From: Catajapyx aquilonaris
Lineage: Eukaryota
Length of the DNA stretch: 61,406 nucleotides
Assembly: GCA_000934665.2 (NCBI GenBank)
Contig: KZ538156.1
Coordinates: 62,001-123,406, forward strand
Direction of reading: 5' to 3'
Positions 1-13,980 of this stretch are shown piece after piece. How positions within the stretch are numbered: the first letter of the stretch is position 1; each line of letters starts with the position of its first letter. The position numbers and the translations under genes are program-made. A model generated the notes under the pieces. It was not told the origin of the DNA, did not search any database, and worked only from the letters and a program-made list of their open reading frames with translations.

Positions 1-614
1 TTCAGAAGCCTTCCCACCAGCAGTGTTATTTCCCAGGCTTCTGTCAAATTCCGTCAGGGGGGCGAAAAAGGGACACTGGCCGGAAGTGGTGGAGGTGGAA
101 TATCCTCCCCAATAAAAAAAGTACAGTTTCATTGACCTTAATCGATGTGTCATCTAAGGTCAAAGTATTGGTGCAGTCGGATGGTCCTCTTGGTCAATTT
201 TTTTTTTAAAGTACCTATATAGGCTGATATTATGCAGTTCTTTCTTTCTAAACAGCATGCATATAGAAGTGGCTAGGCGTGACTTTGTCCATACACGCGG
301 TGTATAATCACCTAGGTGCATGTAGTTATCATAGTCAGCACTTGGAAGATGCGCACCATCTGGTTGTGGCATATCGCACTATTTCCAAATAAGTGGGCGG
401 AGAGTGCGCCTTCCTTCGGAGGGGAAGTAAAGCCGTCGGTCCCGTGTGCTTGTGACATTGCGCGAGTGCACGTTAAAGATCCCCAGAGTGGCCAAATTTC
501 CAGGAGGAGGAGGACCACCCCCTGGCGTCGGTGTTGAGCCTTAGAGGCAGAAATAGGCCGACGTTAAGCCCGACTGAACCCTGAACCCAGGATAGAGCAA
601 CTGGTTCACTCCTA

Positions 615-851
615 TAGGTGATTTTTTTTACTGGCGCAACCGACTGCGCACCTACACTTGCGCAAGCCCATTTTTCCGACAACAACACTGCCACAGTTAC
701 TCCTCAGTGGCCATGTTCACACTGGTAGCCTCTAAGGTTCGTTCCAGAGACTTGGCAACGGCCCAATAGTCGGCCATATTGTTATCTCCTCAAGCCTAGT
801 TGCGCGAACTGTGTTGCGCACTCGGTTGCGCTCATAATTTTTAAATCCCTA
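615..851. mobile_element. Degenerate inverted-repeat (MITE-like) element
   Basis: Left TAGGTGATTTTTTTTACTGGCGCAACCGACTGCGCA resembles the reverse complement of the right end (TAGGGATTTAAAAATTATGAGCGCAACCGAGTGCGCA). A related arm (CGCAACCGAGTGCGCATCCACACTCGCGCA) recurs at about 10040-10069. No target-site duplication (TSD) is visible. Confidence 0.4.
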
Positions 852-1954
852 AATAAATCCGGAAAAAATGGTCGAAACTGTCCGCGATGAAGTAACGTAT
901 TTCTAGCCAACATAATTACTCTAATCACTGACTTTAAAAAAAAAAATCCCAATTAATAACCGCGACAACCGGATGTTGCTCGGTGGACCGCACCGGTACC
1001 ATACTGGACGCCCAAAATTTTTCTGTAGCTCCCCCTGCATTGTTATTAGCGTCAGAACCTCTTTGTGGAAATTATTACTTGACACTGAAAGTACTTTATT
1101 GTGTGCTGTGAGGAAATGCGGGGGATGGTGGTGGGGGTGGGTGGTCGGTGGTGGGGGGAGGAGGACGTTGGAAAGGGAGGACCGACGCTATAAAAGAGTA
1201 TAATTAGGGGTTGATGCCTTGGGAGCTACCAGGAAAGTGGTGGGGAGGCCGGATGTGGGCACCTGACTCTTCCAAAAAAAAAAAAAAAAGTTCAAAAAAA
1301 TTTACCCCCCCCCCCCCCTTCCCCATACATACCCCCTTCCATCGTTGGTGGGAAGTTAAATTCGTCCAGGTTGAATTTTTTGAGGAGAAGTCAAAGGATG
1401 CTGCGATTCTTGACAAAATTAGTACCAACTATACCAAGCCCCCTCTGTTCCCACGAACTACTGTTGGACATTCATTCACATATGTTTGTTTGGTGAGAAT
1501 GGCATTGACATTCTGCTTCGGGGGGGTGGAGGTGTCGTGTGAAACCTTGCTCATGAAACTACAATAAAACTGGCTGCAAAAGAGGGCCAGGTCTGCCGCT
1601 TTGGACGTTTGTAATGAATGAGAACGGACGATTGACATGTGGAAAGTGTGTAATTTGAAAGGTGCTATAATATAATACCGTCGGAGCTGAAAGAAGCCTT
1701 ATTTTTACAGAATACCAGGACGCAAAGTGGCATGTTTTGGAGTTGATTTCGTGTGAAAAAACTGTACTCAGCAGTAACTGATTACAAGTGGTGAAATTAA
1801 GTAATTAGTGATAACTGCGGTTTTAATGTATATTGTTGACCTCTTGTTAGAGCAGTTGGATCTATTAGAATAATTTTATTCAAATTAAATTCATTAATAT
1901 AATGTGGAATAAGGCCATCATAAGGGTCACTGCAAATAAGCAAATCAGTAAATA

Positions 1955-2161
1955 CAGGGTGGTCCAAGTTCAAGTGTCGTTTTATAACGGCGATTAATAG
2001 CAGTGATTTTGCAACGACGTAGAAACGACGCGTAAAATGTCCCACTTCGGCGCATCTTCGGCGCAATCGAAGTGGGCAATTTTACACGTCGCTGCTACGT
2101 CATCGTTAAGCGCTTCTATTAATCGCCGTTATAAAACGACACTTGAACTTGGACCACCCAG
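1955..2161. mobile_element. Tc1/mariner-type MITE, near-complete foldback palindrome
   Basis: TA|CAGGGTGGTCCAAGTTCAAGTGTCGTTTTATAACGGCGATTAATAG ... CTATTAATCGCCGTTATAAAACGACACTTGAACTTGGACCACCCAG|TA. The terminal inverted repeats (TIRs) are about 46 bp with one mismatch, imperfect pairing continues inward, and TA flanks both sides. Confidence 0.85.
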
Positions 2162-5100
2162 TATATCGCGATAAAGATTGTATTTATCTTAATTCTTAAC
2201 TTTAAGATATTGTGAATTTTGTCCCCATTACCAATATATTTACCGGTAATTTCCTCTAGCATTATTTTATTTTTTCATAATTTATTTCATTATTATATTA
2301 CATGCTATTATTAATTTCCACTGATATTTTAATACCTGAAATGCAATGCAAATAATTAGGATACAGTCTCAGCAAGATTATGTCAATATCAAACCGTTCC
2401 AATTCTCAAGTTCACATGTAAAAGTGACGAGGAACAACAAGCTGAAAGTGAAAGCGAGCACTTTTTTTTAATTGCAGCGAGTGCAAAACAAGAGGCCTGC
2501 TCGGTTTTTTTTATTTTATTTATTCCCACGATAGTAGCGAGAAGTAGGGCCTATATAGGCGTGGGAAATCGCACTTGGCGCGCACGAAAATTTGTACAAC
2601 AGTTTAACTCCTCTAACCTCTGGAATTGCAACACTTCCCATTGTTCTCTTCTGTTCGCAACTTTGATTCTACAGACCTGTCACGTGCCGGGACACCTCTC
2701 GCTATTCTTAGTAAGTGCTCCAAATTAATTATAGCCTCCATTTTATGATGCCAATGTAATTTAGGATTATATACCATTTTGTACACCATATGTTGCGCTT
2801 CTTTAGGCACACAATTTGGGTTTTAAAAGATTCGAGCAATTGTTCTGATGCATGGGATTAAATCCATTTGATCAATTCACGACTTACCCTAAGTACCCAA
2901 CATCCCAATTCACATCCCATCTCACGTATAGGTTCAGGTTGTTGTCGTGAACCAGCACTATAGTAGTTTGGCGTGACGGCCCATGGCTCCAAATATTTTG
3001 GGCCCCAACACCCCCCCCCCCCCCCNNNNNNNNNGGGGGGGGGGGGGGAAATCTCACGTTTCTTCCTGACCTTGTTTACAATCCCAATTAGGAATTATTT
3101 TGCGACTTGGTGGCAAACGTGCTTCGCTTCTGGCGTCAAACGCAAATCAAACACTCTTTGAAGTTACTTTGTAGCCATAGAAAAAGTTGCGGATTGTTTA
3201 CCCTAGAAACTCATCGAAACCAGCAAAACAAACACTATACGGTATGCATATTGCATATTTACCCAATTGAAATGTCAGTAGCGGTTAACGTTCGTCACTA
3301 GCTGCTTATTTTGCAGTCTGCACCAGTTATCGAAAATATTAGTCCCTAATGTTAATTTGACACATTAGCTGCCGGAAAAATGCTAATTGTTTTAATGGGC
3401 AGAAATTTATTGTTGTGATAAGTCCAGGACTAATCGGATGTTGTATATAACATTGATGCTTTTTAAGTGGCGAATATTTGCATGGTAAGGAGTAAGAAAA
3501 AAAATATGGGCTGAAAACCAGCTTGAAACCTGCTCCTTTTCGGCCCACGCTACAGGAAGACCGATTACAATGTAATTACAGCTGATGGTACTTCCAAGCG
3601 CTGAGCTTTCAGACCAGATCTCACAGGCACAAGCGTGTCGATGCAAAATTACTGCAATAACTCGTCACGAAACCTAAAGCGGGGAGGTTACGTCTGCACG
3701 TGCTACTGACGACCATCGCTTATACAAGTACAGTACATATAGGTATAGAGAGAAAGAAAGAAAATTAAACATAAAAATAAAATTGCACTAATTGGGATCA
3801 AATTTGGGTTTTTTAAATAAAAAAATAGTTCGGACAGATTGCGTGAGGGATTTTATAACGTACTCGCAAATACTGAAGCACTTCGATTTTGTCCGGCGTT
3901 AATGTCGTACCGGTATTTAGTACAGACGTAAGCACGCAATGGCACATGAAATATTACCAATTTATTTATTTTTAAAGACACCCACTTTTTATAATAATTA
4001 TTGCTAGCACTAATGGGGTCAAAAACATTTTCTAACGCAACATTTTGTGCCTACATATGAATAAGACTCAACAAAGACTTGTTGGCGCCACACATTTAGC
4101 AATGTAAAAATATTAATACAAAAAATATTCAAATTATGCAGAAAAAATTCAATAACAGGTTTTTTTCAGAGTATGGTACTGTTGTATACTGGTATATACT
4201 TGTAATGAACAAGACTGTCCATAATAAGCCCAAAAATAAAATAAAAACTGTGGAGTTGGCGATTACTCACCTATAGAGCAACTTAATCCATATAATTGTT
4301 ACACTGTATTTATATTATATATTATTAAACCCAACAACTGTATATATGCAACGTGACCATATTTTTAACCTAAGTGCAGAACTACTATTCCGGAATATTT
4401 TACTCACTTGTTACTTATCTGGATTTTAGAGATATAGAACCCGGCGCTCATGATAATATAAAATGATATATAATTGTTTTCTCAAAAAACTTAGGCTTAT
4501 GTGAATTTAGAAAGTAAAAGCGGAACAAAGGTAGCGGCCATCTCAGCATTTATATGGGTGTCGATCGTGTGGTGATTATTTTTCGGGACATTCCTGAATT
4601 GTATTAGGGAGGTCACACGCAGGTGACCCAACTGGAGTAAATCACGGCTGGAAATCACTGAATGGCGATGGTGGCAGTGCCTAAAAACCGATTTGGGTTT
4701 TGATTATCGATGCTGACCTCCCTTCCATACCCGCGGCGTGGGTAAAGACCGGTCACGTTTTTCGCCTGGAAATTTCAATGCTAGAGGCAGAGATGAACCT
4801 GCTGTTAGGAACGAATTAAAAGAAAAAAAAAGAGAAAGAAGAAAAAAAAAAACTCAAGATGAGGAGTATCCTCTTCAAAAAGGTCGTAAGTTCCTTCGTT
4901 CCAGGAAGCTAGCGATTTTTGTTAGCCTGGGATTAAATCATACTCATTTTCTCATGTGGACCGAGACATGTTTACATAATTCCGGCTGCTTGGAGGCGGT
5001 ACAAAATGTGTGCCACGGTAGCACGACCTTTTGTACCCTTTTTAAACTATGGAAGCATGCCAGATTCCACGCTGTCAGTCCTGCACAACAATGCAACACT

Positions 5101-5214
5101 CGAATAATTAATTTTATTGCAAAAAAAACAATGATGCATTTTATATTTTGAGTCGTCTTTTCCACACTTCACTTTAACCTAACCTAGCCTAACCTGTACG
5201 TTATGTAAAATATA

Positions 5215-5980
5215 TTAGTCATTTATTTGATTTTAGTTTACTTGTTTATTATATTAATTTATTTTATTAATTTATTAATTTACTTTACTTGTTTTATTAT
5301 TAATTTATTAATTTACTTATTTATTTATTTTACTTATTTATGTAATTTATGTATTTTATTTATTAATTTATTTTATTTATTAATATATTTTACTTATTAA
5401 TATATTTTACTTATTTGTGTATTTGATTTATTTATGTATTTTACGTACTTATGGATTTGATTTGTTTATTTATTTTACTTATTTATGTAATTTATGTATT
5501 TTATTTATTAATATATTTTACTTATTAATATATTTTACTTATTTGTGTATTTGATTTATTTATGTATTTTACGTACTTATGGATTTGATTTATTTATTTA
5601 TTTTACTTATTTATGTAATTTATGTATTTTATTTATTAATATATTTTACTTATTAATATATTTTACTTATTTGTGTATTTGATTTATTTATGTATTTTAC
5701 GTACTTATGGATTTGATTTATTTATTTATTTTACTTATTTATGTAATTTATGTATTTTATTTATTAATATATTTTACTTATTTGTGTATTTGATTTATTT
5801 ATGTATTTTACGTATACTTATGGATTTGATTTATTTATTTATTTTACGTACTTATGGATTTGATTTATTTATTTATTTTACCTATTAATTTATTTTACTT
5901 ATTTGTGTATTTGATTGATTTATGTATTTTATATACAGTACTTATGTATTTGATTGATTTATAGTATTTATTTTCTATAT
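5215..5980. repeat. AT-rich minisatellite, about 128-bp unit
   Basis: The landmark ACGTACTTATGGATTTGATT recurs at 5443, 5571 and 5699 (period 128), with shortened copies near 5810 and 5845. The + strand is strongly T-rich. Confidence 0.9.
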
Positions 5981-6849
5981 TTATTATGAGTCGCCTTTTT
6001 GACTTTCATTTACCTTACCTATAATATGTATACCTCATGAAAATAAAGTTTGATCTGGCGCAATAATTTACACCTTGATATGTAATTTACGTATAATTGT
6101 CCGTATTAGCAATTTTTTCTAACAACTACTTTGTGATTATCAGGTCCTAAAATTGAAGGGAACTTATTGGGTAGGGAGGGGTTTAAAAAGAATCGGTTGT
6201 TCGTGCGTTGCGAATCCGGGTTTCCTGTCGATCTGGTTGTTTCCCTCTGCTGCATCATCCGGGCTAATGAAGGGGCAAAATAGATCCAAAAACACTTCCC
6301 CAACATTGTCTCTCATTTTTTTTAAATAAAAAAATCATGATGGCACGCCTCACAGATGACATACACACACGAGATAACGTGTGTTTTAAATAGTGTTCCA
6401 GTTAGCGGATTCTACCATTCATATTCTTATATATGATTATATGAATTCATGATTCTTGCATTCAGTGACCGAGGTTTGGGTTCGGCACGCACTTGCGTGT
6501 ACAGTACGTCCAATTAAGAAGAGGGGGGCAAAAATGTGCGGTTGTCACCACCTGTCGGAAGGTAACGTCTGGGTAACCTTGTGTAAAGTTCACTGCTCTT
6601 CCATCACACTTACTCTACTTTGTGGACACCTTTAAAGCTCTTGGGACGACCGTTTGGATGTGAAAATCTTATTACCGTGGATTTAATTAGAATATTGCGG
6701 AATTGTGCGCACTGTATGTGTACTGTGTATGTTAAATGACGTCACTCTTGATGTAATTAGGCATGTTAGGCAAGTCGTAATTACATAATTTGAAATTACA
6801 CTGGAGTATATGTTAATTCAATGCCTGCTTAAGTTTTTGTTTCACTGTA

Positions 6850-7263
6850 TCTCTTATATAGTATAAACGGGAAAGTTTGTTGGTATGTTTGTTCGCCCGG
6901 GTTACCTAACCCACTTCCGGACTACTGAGAGTGATGAAACTTGGCACACTTATAGATTACTTGCCACTGATTAAGGAAAAAGTTCGAAACCCGCACTTTT
7001 TAAAGTCTTAATACTTAAAAAATGTTGGTTTTTGTGTGTGTTTTCCTGATGTTCGGTTTGGCGGCAATTGACTCACACCACCGGTGGCGCTCCTGCCATC
7101 CCCTCCCCACCTTTTGTCTTACATCTGACGTAATATATGAAGGGAACTGTTTGTCTGTCCATGGGAACTGACGGCTACCATGGCATCAAAAAACAACGAT
7201 TGATTGCTGTTCATTACAATTACCATGGATACAGGCCGTGCGAAGAACGGGCTCAGCTGCTAG
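6850..7263 (+). mobile_element. Non-autonomous Helitron-like element
   Basis: Starts A|TC (TCTCTTATATAGTATAAACGGGAAAGTTTGTTGGTATGTTTGTTC). Ends with an imperfect hairpin CCGTGCGAAGAACGG (7236-7250) about 10 nt before CTAG|T. It sits between A and T with no TSD, which are canonical Helitron termini. The 5' part is shared with 46830-46917. Confidence 0.75.
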
Positions 7264-7297
7264 TTACAGAATATGATGATGTTCCATCCAGTTGTTT

Positions 7298-7299
<2 letters not shown>

Positions 7300-7353
<54 letters not shown>
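7300..7353. repeat. (GTT)18 microsatellite
   Basis: Direct reading. Followed by a T-run and then an A-run. Confidence 0.95.
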
Positions 7354-7354
<1 letters not shown>

Positions 7355-10300
7355 TTTTTTTAAAAAAAAAAACCCTGCGTAATGAACACAAGATTGAGGA
7401 CCGGTATACTTGATATGCAATTATCCGCTAGCAATATTACTTACAACCAAAGATATTGCTGCATTTTGATCGCCCGATACGCACTTTTAATGAGGGAAGT
7501 CGTTTAGAAGCCATTAGCAATTAATTAACTCTCCTAACAAGTTTCGAACCAAAAAAAACACAGGAACTNGGGGGGGGGACGACAACAACAAGACACGCCT
7601 TTATAGGAAGAGACAATCGGAGATTATTTCCTAATGAACATATGAATGATTCGCTCTTTCTCTGCCAGGTAACGAAACGCAAGAGTTAAGGAGACGACCT
7701 TGGCCATGAAGCTTGAGAGTCATCCGAATGTGGAGACTGATTGCTCCGGTGGGTCAGGAGTTTTCCGGTGCCCAGTTTCCATTCTAACCACCTTCAAGGA
7801 ACGTGTCTCAAACGACCATTCAGCTAAAGGATACTAGTTAGAGAGAGAAAAAAAAGGGGGAAACAAAAAGAGACGTCCGCCAGATATGTGAGTGTGTGAT
7901 GCAAAATGTGACAGGATTTGGAGGATGATTCTGGTGAGTTTAACACGTGTTACAATTTTTTCAGTATATTTAGAGAGAGAGAGAAAAAAGGTGTTTGTTG
8001 AAGAGCATAACAAATTAGGGGTGTTCACGCATGCTGTGGTTGAAGCTACCAATTATCAGGGATGCTAATTTATTCGGGCGGTTTTCAGACCAATCAGTCA
8101 GGTTTTTCTCACAGTTTTTTGAGAGGATAAGGTGTTAAATTGGAAGTGGCTTCCTTTTTTTTTATTTACGTTGACTATCCCGGTAGCTGCTTACATGTTG
8201 TGTACCAAAAACAAGGGTGGCGAATTTCGCTGCTTGATTTATGAGATAGGAACGAGGGAGACGGAGAGAGCCCAAAAAAAACGTTTTTTTTTGGGGGGGG
8301 GGGGGGGGGGGNGGGGAGAAGTTTTTGCGAGATTGGAAGATAACAGCGATTTCTACGCCATTTCCTGTCTATTTTCTTGGGTTTCTAAGATTTTCACCGC
8401 AAACGTGTGCCGCATTCGACGTTTATGTATTGCGCTCAATTCCATGCTTAATTATCCATGTTAGTGAAACAGTGAATATGTAGGCTATTTGTCACATGTA
8501 GTCTGAACAACAACTTATTAATTTTTGCATATAATATAATGTCACTTTTTCAGTAGGCTACTAACAGTAGGCCTAGTGCATTCGTAATATGGAAATATAT
8601 ATAGCCTACATAATATTTCCCACTTCTCTTAGCACTAAACATTTTTATTGCATACGATATACATGTGCTTAGAACACATTTTTCAACCAATTTTTTTTTA
8701 CTTTGTGTGCTTTCATTCCATTTTGTTTTAAAGTTGACTCTTAAAAGTTACTGAAAAGAAAAACTCATTAGGACAGCCCATTTCCTCATCTTGTGAAATT
8801 GCCCTCCAATTTCCTAAGCACTTTAAAAGGCAATGGTACTTAAATTGAGGGGGGGGGGGTGAATTCTCTCGAGAAGTGGGTGAATTTAAGAGACAATGTG
8901 CTATATGAAATAATTAAATGTGAGTCCTCGACTAGCCAACTTGGGTCTTCTTGCCAATTTTCATCACACTACATTTTGACGTACGCGTACGTGCCGAAAA
9001 TGTTATCGTACTCAGCAGAGTATATCACATCGATACCTGAACAAGACAAATGCTGACAAATGCGATTGCAGAGAGGTGTTGGATAAATCCTTTCGCAAAA
9101 AAAAAGTCCAGTTACATGCAATTTATGACTGCTAGAATTCCCTGTCAGTATATACCACACCATTCGTTACAACAAATCATTAGTTTCCCGCTATTACTTA
9201 AGCAGACATGACGAAATAGAGAGTTCTGGAGAAATCCGGTAATGTTCATGTGCCCACATTATTATTTCATTCATGTCACTTTTATTTCCCCCCCCCCCTG
9301 CCCCTCACACACAAGAAAGTCATTCTTCCCCCTCCCCAAGCTGTGGAACCCCGCCCCCCCCCCCCNAAAAGTGGCCAAACGACCCCTGGTAACTTTCGCA
9401 GAGGGGGTAAAGGTCAAAATGCCACTCGACACAGGCTCTGTGACCACTGGAACGTATCAGGCCGGAAATGGCCAGGATCAGGAATAATGGCGGTCGAGAT
9501 GAAGAAGAGTGAATGTGTGAGATTTGAAGGGAGGGTAGGGAGGATAGTAAGGGAGGTGGGGGAAGCAAAATGATGTTTCAGAGATGCAAATGAAGTGTCT
9601 TGAAAAGGACCCCAGGAGACAGGTGCTACATGTGCCGTCCTTTTCTGATGAGAGGTGACTGGCCCCCCATTCTATTTGTTTTTTTTTGTTGTTGTTGTTG
9701 TTTTGTAACAAGAACGTCAGTACTTGGAAGCTTCATTAAGTATTCCGAAACTCTGATTGGCCAATTTTTAAATAGATCGTTGAGTCATGTGTAGGAGAGT
9801 GGTATTGCAGGATAATTAAATGACCAAGGCCTAATTGCGTCAGTACTGCATGAAAATACCACATGCAAAGAGTGACATTTTTCCTGGAAAGGCTTACAAT
9901 TAGATCCGTATTGGTCGAATATTGTACAATGAAAATATAATAATTTATTTCAATAGAAGTACCGGTACGTGAATGTGTGTGAATAAATTACAATGAGCCG
10001 AAATACATTTTTGGAGGGTATGGACGAATTTTTTGTGCTCGCAACCGAGTGCGCATCCACACTCGCGCACTTCCATTGTTCTGACAACACCGTTGCCAAA
10101 GTTACTCATCAGCAACTGAAGGATAAGAAATATTAGATAACAAATAAATAATGAATAAATAAAATTCACCTGTAGCCTCTCAGGTTTGTTCCATAGCTTT
10201 GGTAACGTCGGAAATGTCGGCCATACTGTTCCCTTCAAGTGTAGTGTTGGAAATAAGCGCTTATAGACCACAGTACACCCACCATACTGGGTTGCGCTCG

Positions 10301-11399
10301 TTTAAAAATCTACCTACAGTTACCCTCTTACGTATACTGTAGCATTGTTGTAATGCAACTTGAGCCAGGAAGTGCAAAGCGTTTATTTGACATCAAACTC
10401 ATATCCTCAACTTACAAAACAGCTGGTAATAAAGTGCAGAAAAGCTTAAAAATAGTGACATATCTCAACTTTCTCTCCAAGGGTTGGCCCCAGTGATAAA
10501 ACTTTCCGGCTCGTGCCTCTCTGATTGTTGCTGTGACCCAATAGAAAAGTTTTTTTTATATGATTATATGCTTGCTAATGCGCAAGTGCACTGAATACAT
10601 TTCGCATTTCCTCTTCAGGAGCAAACCCGTCTCGCCAGGTCAATGCGTAAGGAACAATGCGCCACGGGGCCTAACGCGTGGCAATAAATAATATTACAGC
10701 TTGGAGAAGTTTGCAACCCAAAAAAAAAATTGCTCGTGTTAAGTTTCCATTCGACCGATTTGCACACTTTGGTGAATATGGGGATGTACATTTGGATACG
10801 CTCTGACTCTACCAGTTGGAAAGCGAGCCTCACCTCGACTTACAAAAAAATATATATAATATTTTTTTACTGAACAGGTTGGGTGCTACAATCAGTATGA
10901 GTTGGCAAAAAAAAACAGTATGATTATATTGAGGTAGATCCAGGAAGTTGGAGAAATCATAACTAAAAATTTGATCAGATTAGAGCAGTTGGCGGAGTGA
11001 AGCGATGCTTAAAAAGAGGTTTTTGGGAACGCATTGCTGTCATTACCGGTAAGCAGGAATTGACGTGTACTCTACTATAAAAAAATAGATAATTGCGATA
11101 GGTGACGTGCAAAAAAATACATTATACCAAAAAAAATCTTTAAAAAAAATTATAATGTCAGATGTGCCAGATTAGATAGTTGTGATTCAGTAGATTTATT
11201 TCGCATGAATAATTATGCTGTGTATTCCATAAGTTCATTATGAAATCACCGATGTTGCCAGTATTATTGCGACTCCTAGTGTCAACACGAATTTTGACGT
11301 CATTTGGAGAGAAGTCAGTATCATACAGCATAACCGGATATTTCCCTCGCAATTCGTGACAACAGATCATATCCGCGATGGCAAAATTAAATACGGTAA

Positions 11400-11785
11400 T
11401 AGACGAAGAAAACTAATAAATATAACGGCTACAATAAATCAGGACTGAAAGTAATAAAATAACTAAACGTGGTAAGTAAATTAACAACACTAAAAAAGAA
11501 TAAACAATAACGAAAATAACTAAACTAACTACAAGTACCTAAATTAATACACATATAATGAATAAATCAATAAATGCACAAACAAATAAATACACAATTA
11601 CAGACAAATAAGTACATAATTATAGACAAATAAATACATAGACAAATGTATAAAAATAAGTAAATAAAATAACAAATATTAATAATACATACTATACTAA
11701 TACATAATAAGTGAATACACACAACAAATTATACATAGTCTAATGAATAAATACCTAAACAAATGCATGAAAATAAATAAATATG
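11400..11785. repeat. A-rich low-complexity tract
   Basis: Degenerate AAATAA/ACAAAT/ATACA motifs with very few G on the + strand. Confidence 0.75.
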
Positions 11786-12444
11786 CGTGACTGTTATCAG
11801 TATAAGGAGTAATGCAAGTGGTCATTGTAGGAACCTGCATCCACTCATTATTTACAGTATTAATTATCAGCACGCATTTAAAAAGGACGGTAAAACATGA
11901 TGGAAGCGTAATTTGTTCATCACATTGAAATCGCCATAAACTACCGTATAGGTATGCTATTTACGACATGCAATTTTTATGTACTTATATAGCAGACGAG
12001 GCAGCTGCTGCTGCCATGTGTCACACGCATCTCCATTTTTGCGATTGCACCTGTCCCTCGTCTTTTTATGTAATCATTCATATACGACGGTGGTGTTTCG
12101 TAAGAGGCCCATTTTGAGTATAAGTCGATATGCACGCGGAAGATGTGCTCACAGGAAGCGGGGAGTCATTTTTGCATTGTCGCAGCCCAGCACGGAAGGA
12201 GAATAATGTAAGGAGAGGATGGGGCAGCAGGTGAAGTCTTTTTAGTAAACAAAAGATGGATTCGCAAATACTTGGATGCCACCTGGTACACACATACGTG
12301 TATAAGGGTTGGGCACGGAGAGACGGAGGAAGGGGGGAGGTGGGTGGTCATAAATTTTGGGAACCGAAGATTGTCACTTTGAAACTCTGTCAAAAATTTA
12401 TCATGTACATAAGACAATATACAGCAAGCATAATGAGATTGGCT

Positions 12445-12489
<45 letters not shown>

Positions 12490-12507
12490 CACCACCACCA
12501 CCACCAC
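12445..12507. repeat. Compound microsatellite (TAC)12(CAC)9
   Basis: Direct reading. Confidence 0.95.
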
Positions 12508-12576
12508 TGACCTCCACCACTAGCAAGGAATGAAATGCGGGACAAACAAACGAACTAACTAACTTTACCATATGTA

Positions 12577-12681
<105 letters not shown>

Positions 12682-13024
12682 GGGGTCATAGAGATCCGGG
12701 TGAATGTAATTGAGGCTGCTCACTTTACATGTAAAAATAATAACAATAAAAAAATGAGCGAGGGTGGGGGGGATTGTTGCCCTGGCAGAAGAATTATACA
12801 CCATCATGCGTTTAATGAAAGGGTTGGTTAGTTAGATATCGTGCTGCATCATGCCGGCCTTTTGCCTTTGCTCAAAAACTGATTTGCGGGGAGGATAAAA
12901 GGACCAATCTCGGGGTAGTTGTTTGAAGGACAATGAGCATTGGCCACCTCGTTTTTCTCATGGAAAAAAAATGTATAATTATGCAAGGCGCACCAGCTTC
13001 CCCACCTCTACACAGGGCGTCGCA

Positions 13025-13270
13025 TCTTCTATATGTATAAAAGACAAAATTTGTTTGTTTGTCCAGGTTTGGTCATCATGAAAACGGGTATGAACTATAG
13101 GCATGAAAAGAATGGGTTCCGCTGATAACCTAACCTGACCTAACTTAACCTAAACCTAATCCACCCTCCCAGCTGTACAGAGTCTCACCTTCTATGCGTA
13201 TAAAATGCAAAGCTTGTTTGTTTGTCCACGCTAGGTTATCATGGCAACTGGTATAAAATGGGTATGACAG
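13025..13270 (+). mobile_element. Two tandem Helitron-like 5'-end modules separated by a (TAACC)-like run
   Basis: TCTTCTATATGTATAAAAGACAAAATTTGTTTGTTTGTCCAGG at 13025 and TCTATGCGTATAAAATGCAAAGCTTGTTTGTTTGTCC at 13191. This is the same module seen at 20506, 25327, 46830 and 57038-57550. Confidence 0.6.
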
Positions 13271-13980
13271 GTTCTCTGAGATAAACTAGACGGTATTTAA
13301 AAATCATGGTGTTCTGGAGTGAAGCTTTTCCTGAGTTGATTATGAGACAATCTGGATGTGCTCCGGGTACACGTCCCGTGCTTCTTCCTGTAACGGAAGA
13401 GATTGGCAAAGTCTGGTGGTATACATAAGGTGATGGTAAGGTGCAGCGGCGGTGAGGGTCGGTGGTGCGGATGGAAGGACAGGAGAGGAATGGGCGGAGG
13501 TTTATGGTTGGATTCACCCTCCGCTGCGTATACAACTGGTAAAGATGCGAATCTTGGCTTTTGGGGGTCTTTGTGAGGCCTCGCGCCAATGACCACCGAG
13601 GAGTTTCCTTCTCATTTGACGCTAGGGGAACATCTGCTCCGCTAATCTTCTTTGGCCCGCTTCACCCTTCAAGTATGGAAGAAGTGGAATAAAGGAGGGG
13701 GGGAGGCTTGTGCCGGGGTATATTTTGCGGGCGCCCATTTACACACAGCCATGACTTCCATTATGATCCTCTTCGCCGGAGAGAAAATGGCCAACAATGG
13801 AAGGTGTGGAAGCTGGGGGGGGGGGGGNNNNNGGGGGGGGAAATATATAATTTTATACCTATGCGCTCTTGACACTGACGTGAGTAGAATATCTTGGGGC
13901 ACTATACGATATTATGCAAGGTGCATAGTTTCAACAGTATAGATTCAAACCAACGCAAAGAATTTTTATTAGACATACAT

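Noticed and set aside
3011..3048. C15-N9-G14 perfect hairpin
   Set aside because: It spans an assembly gap, so the true sequence and length are unknown.
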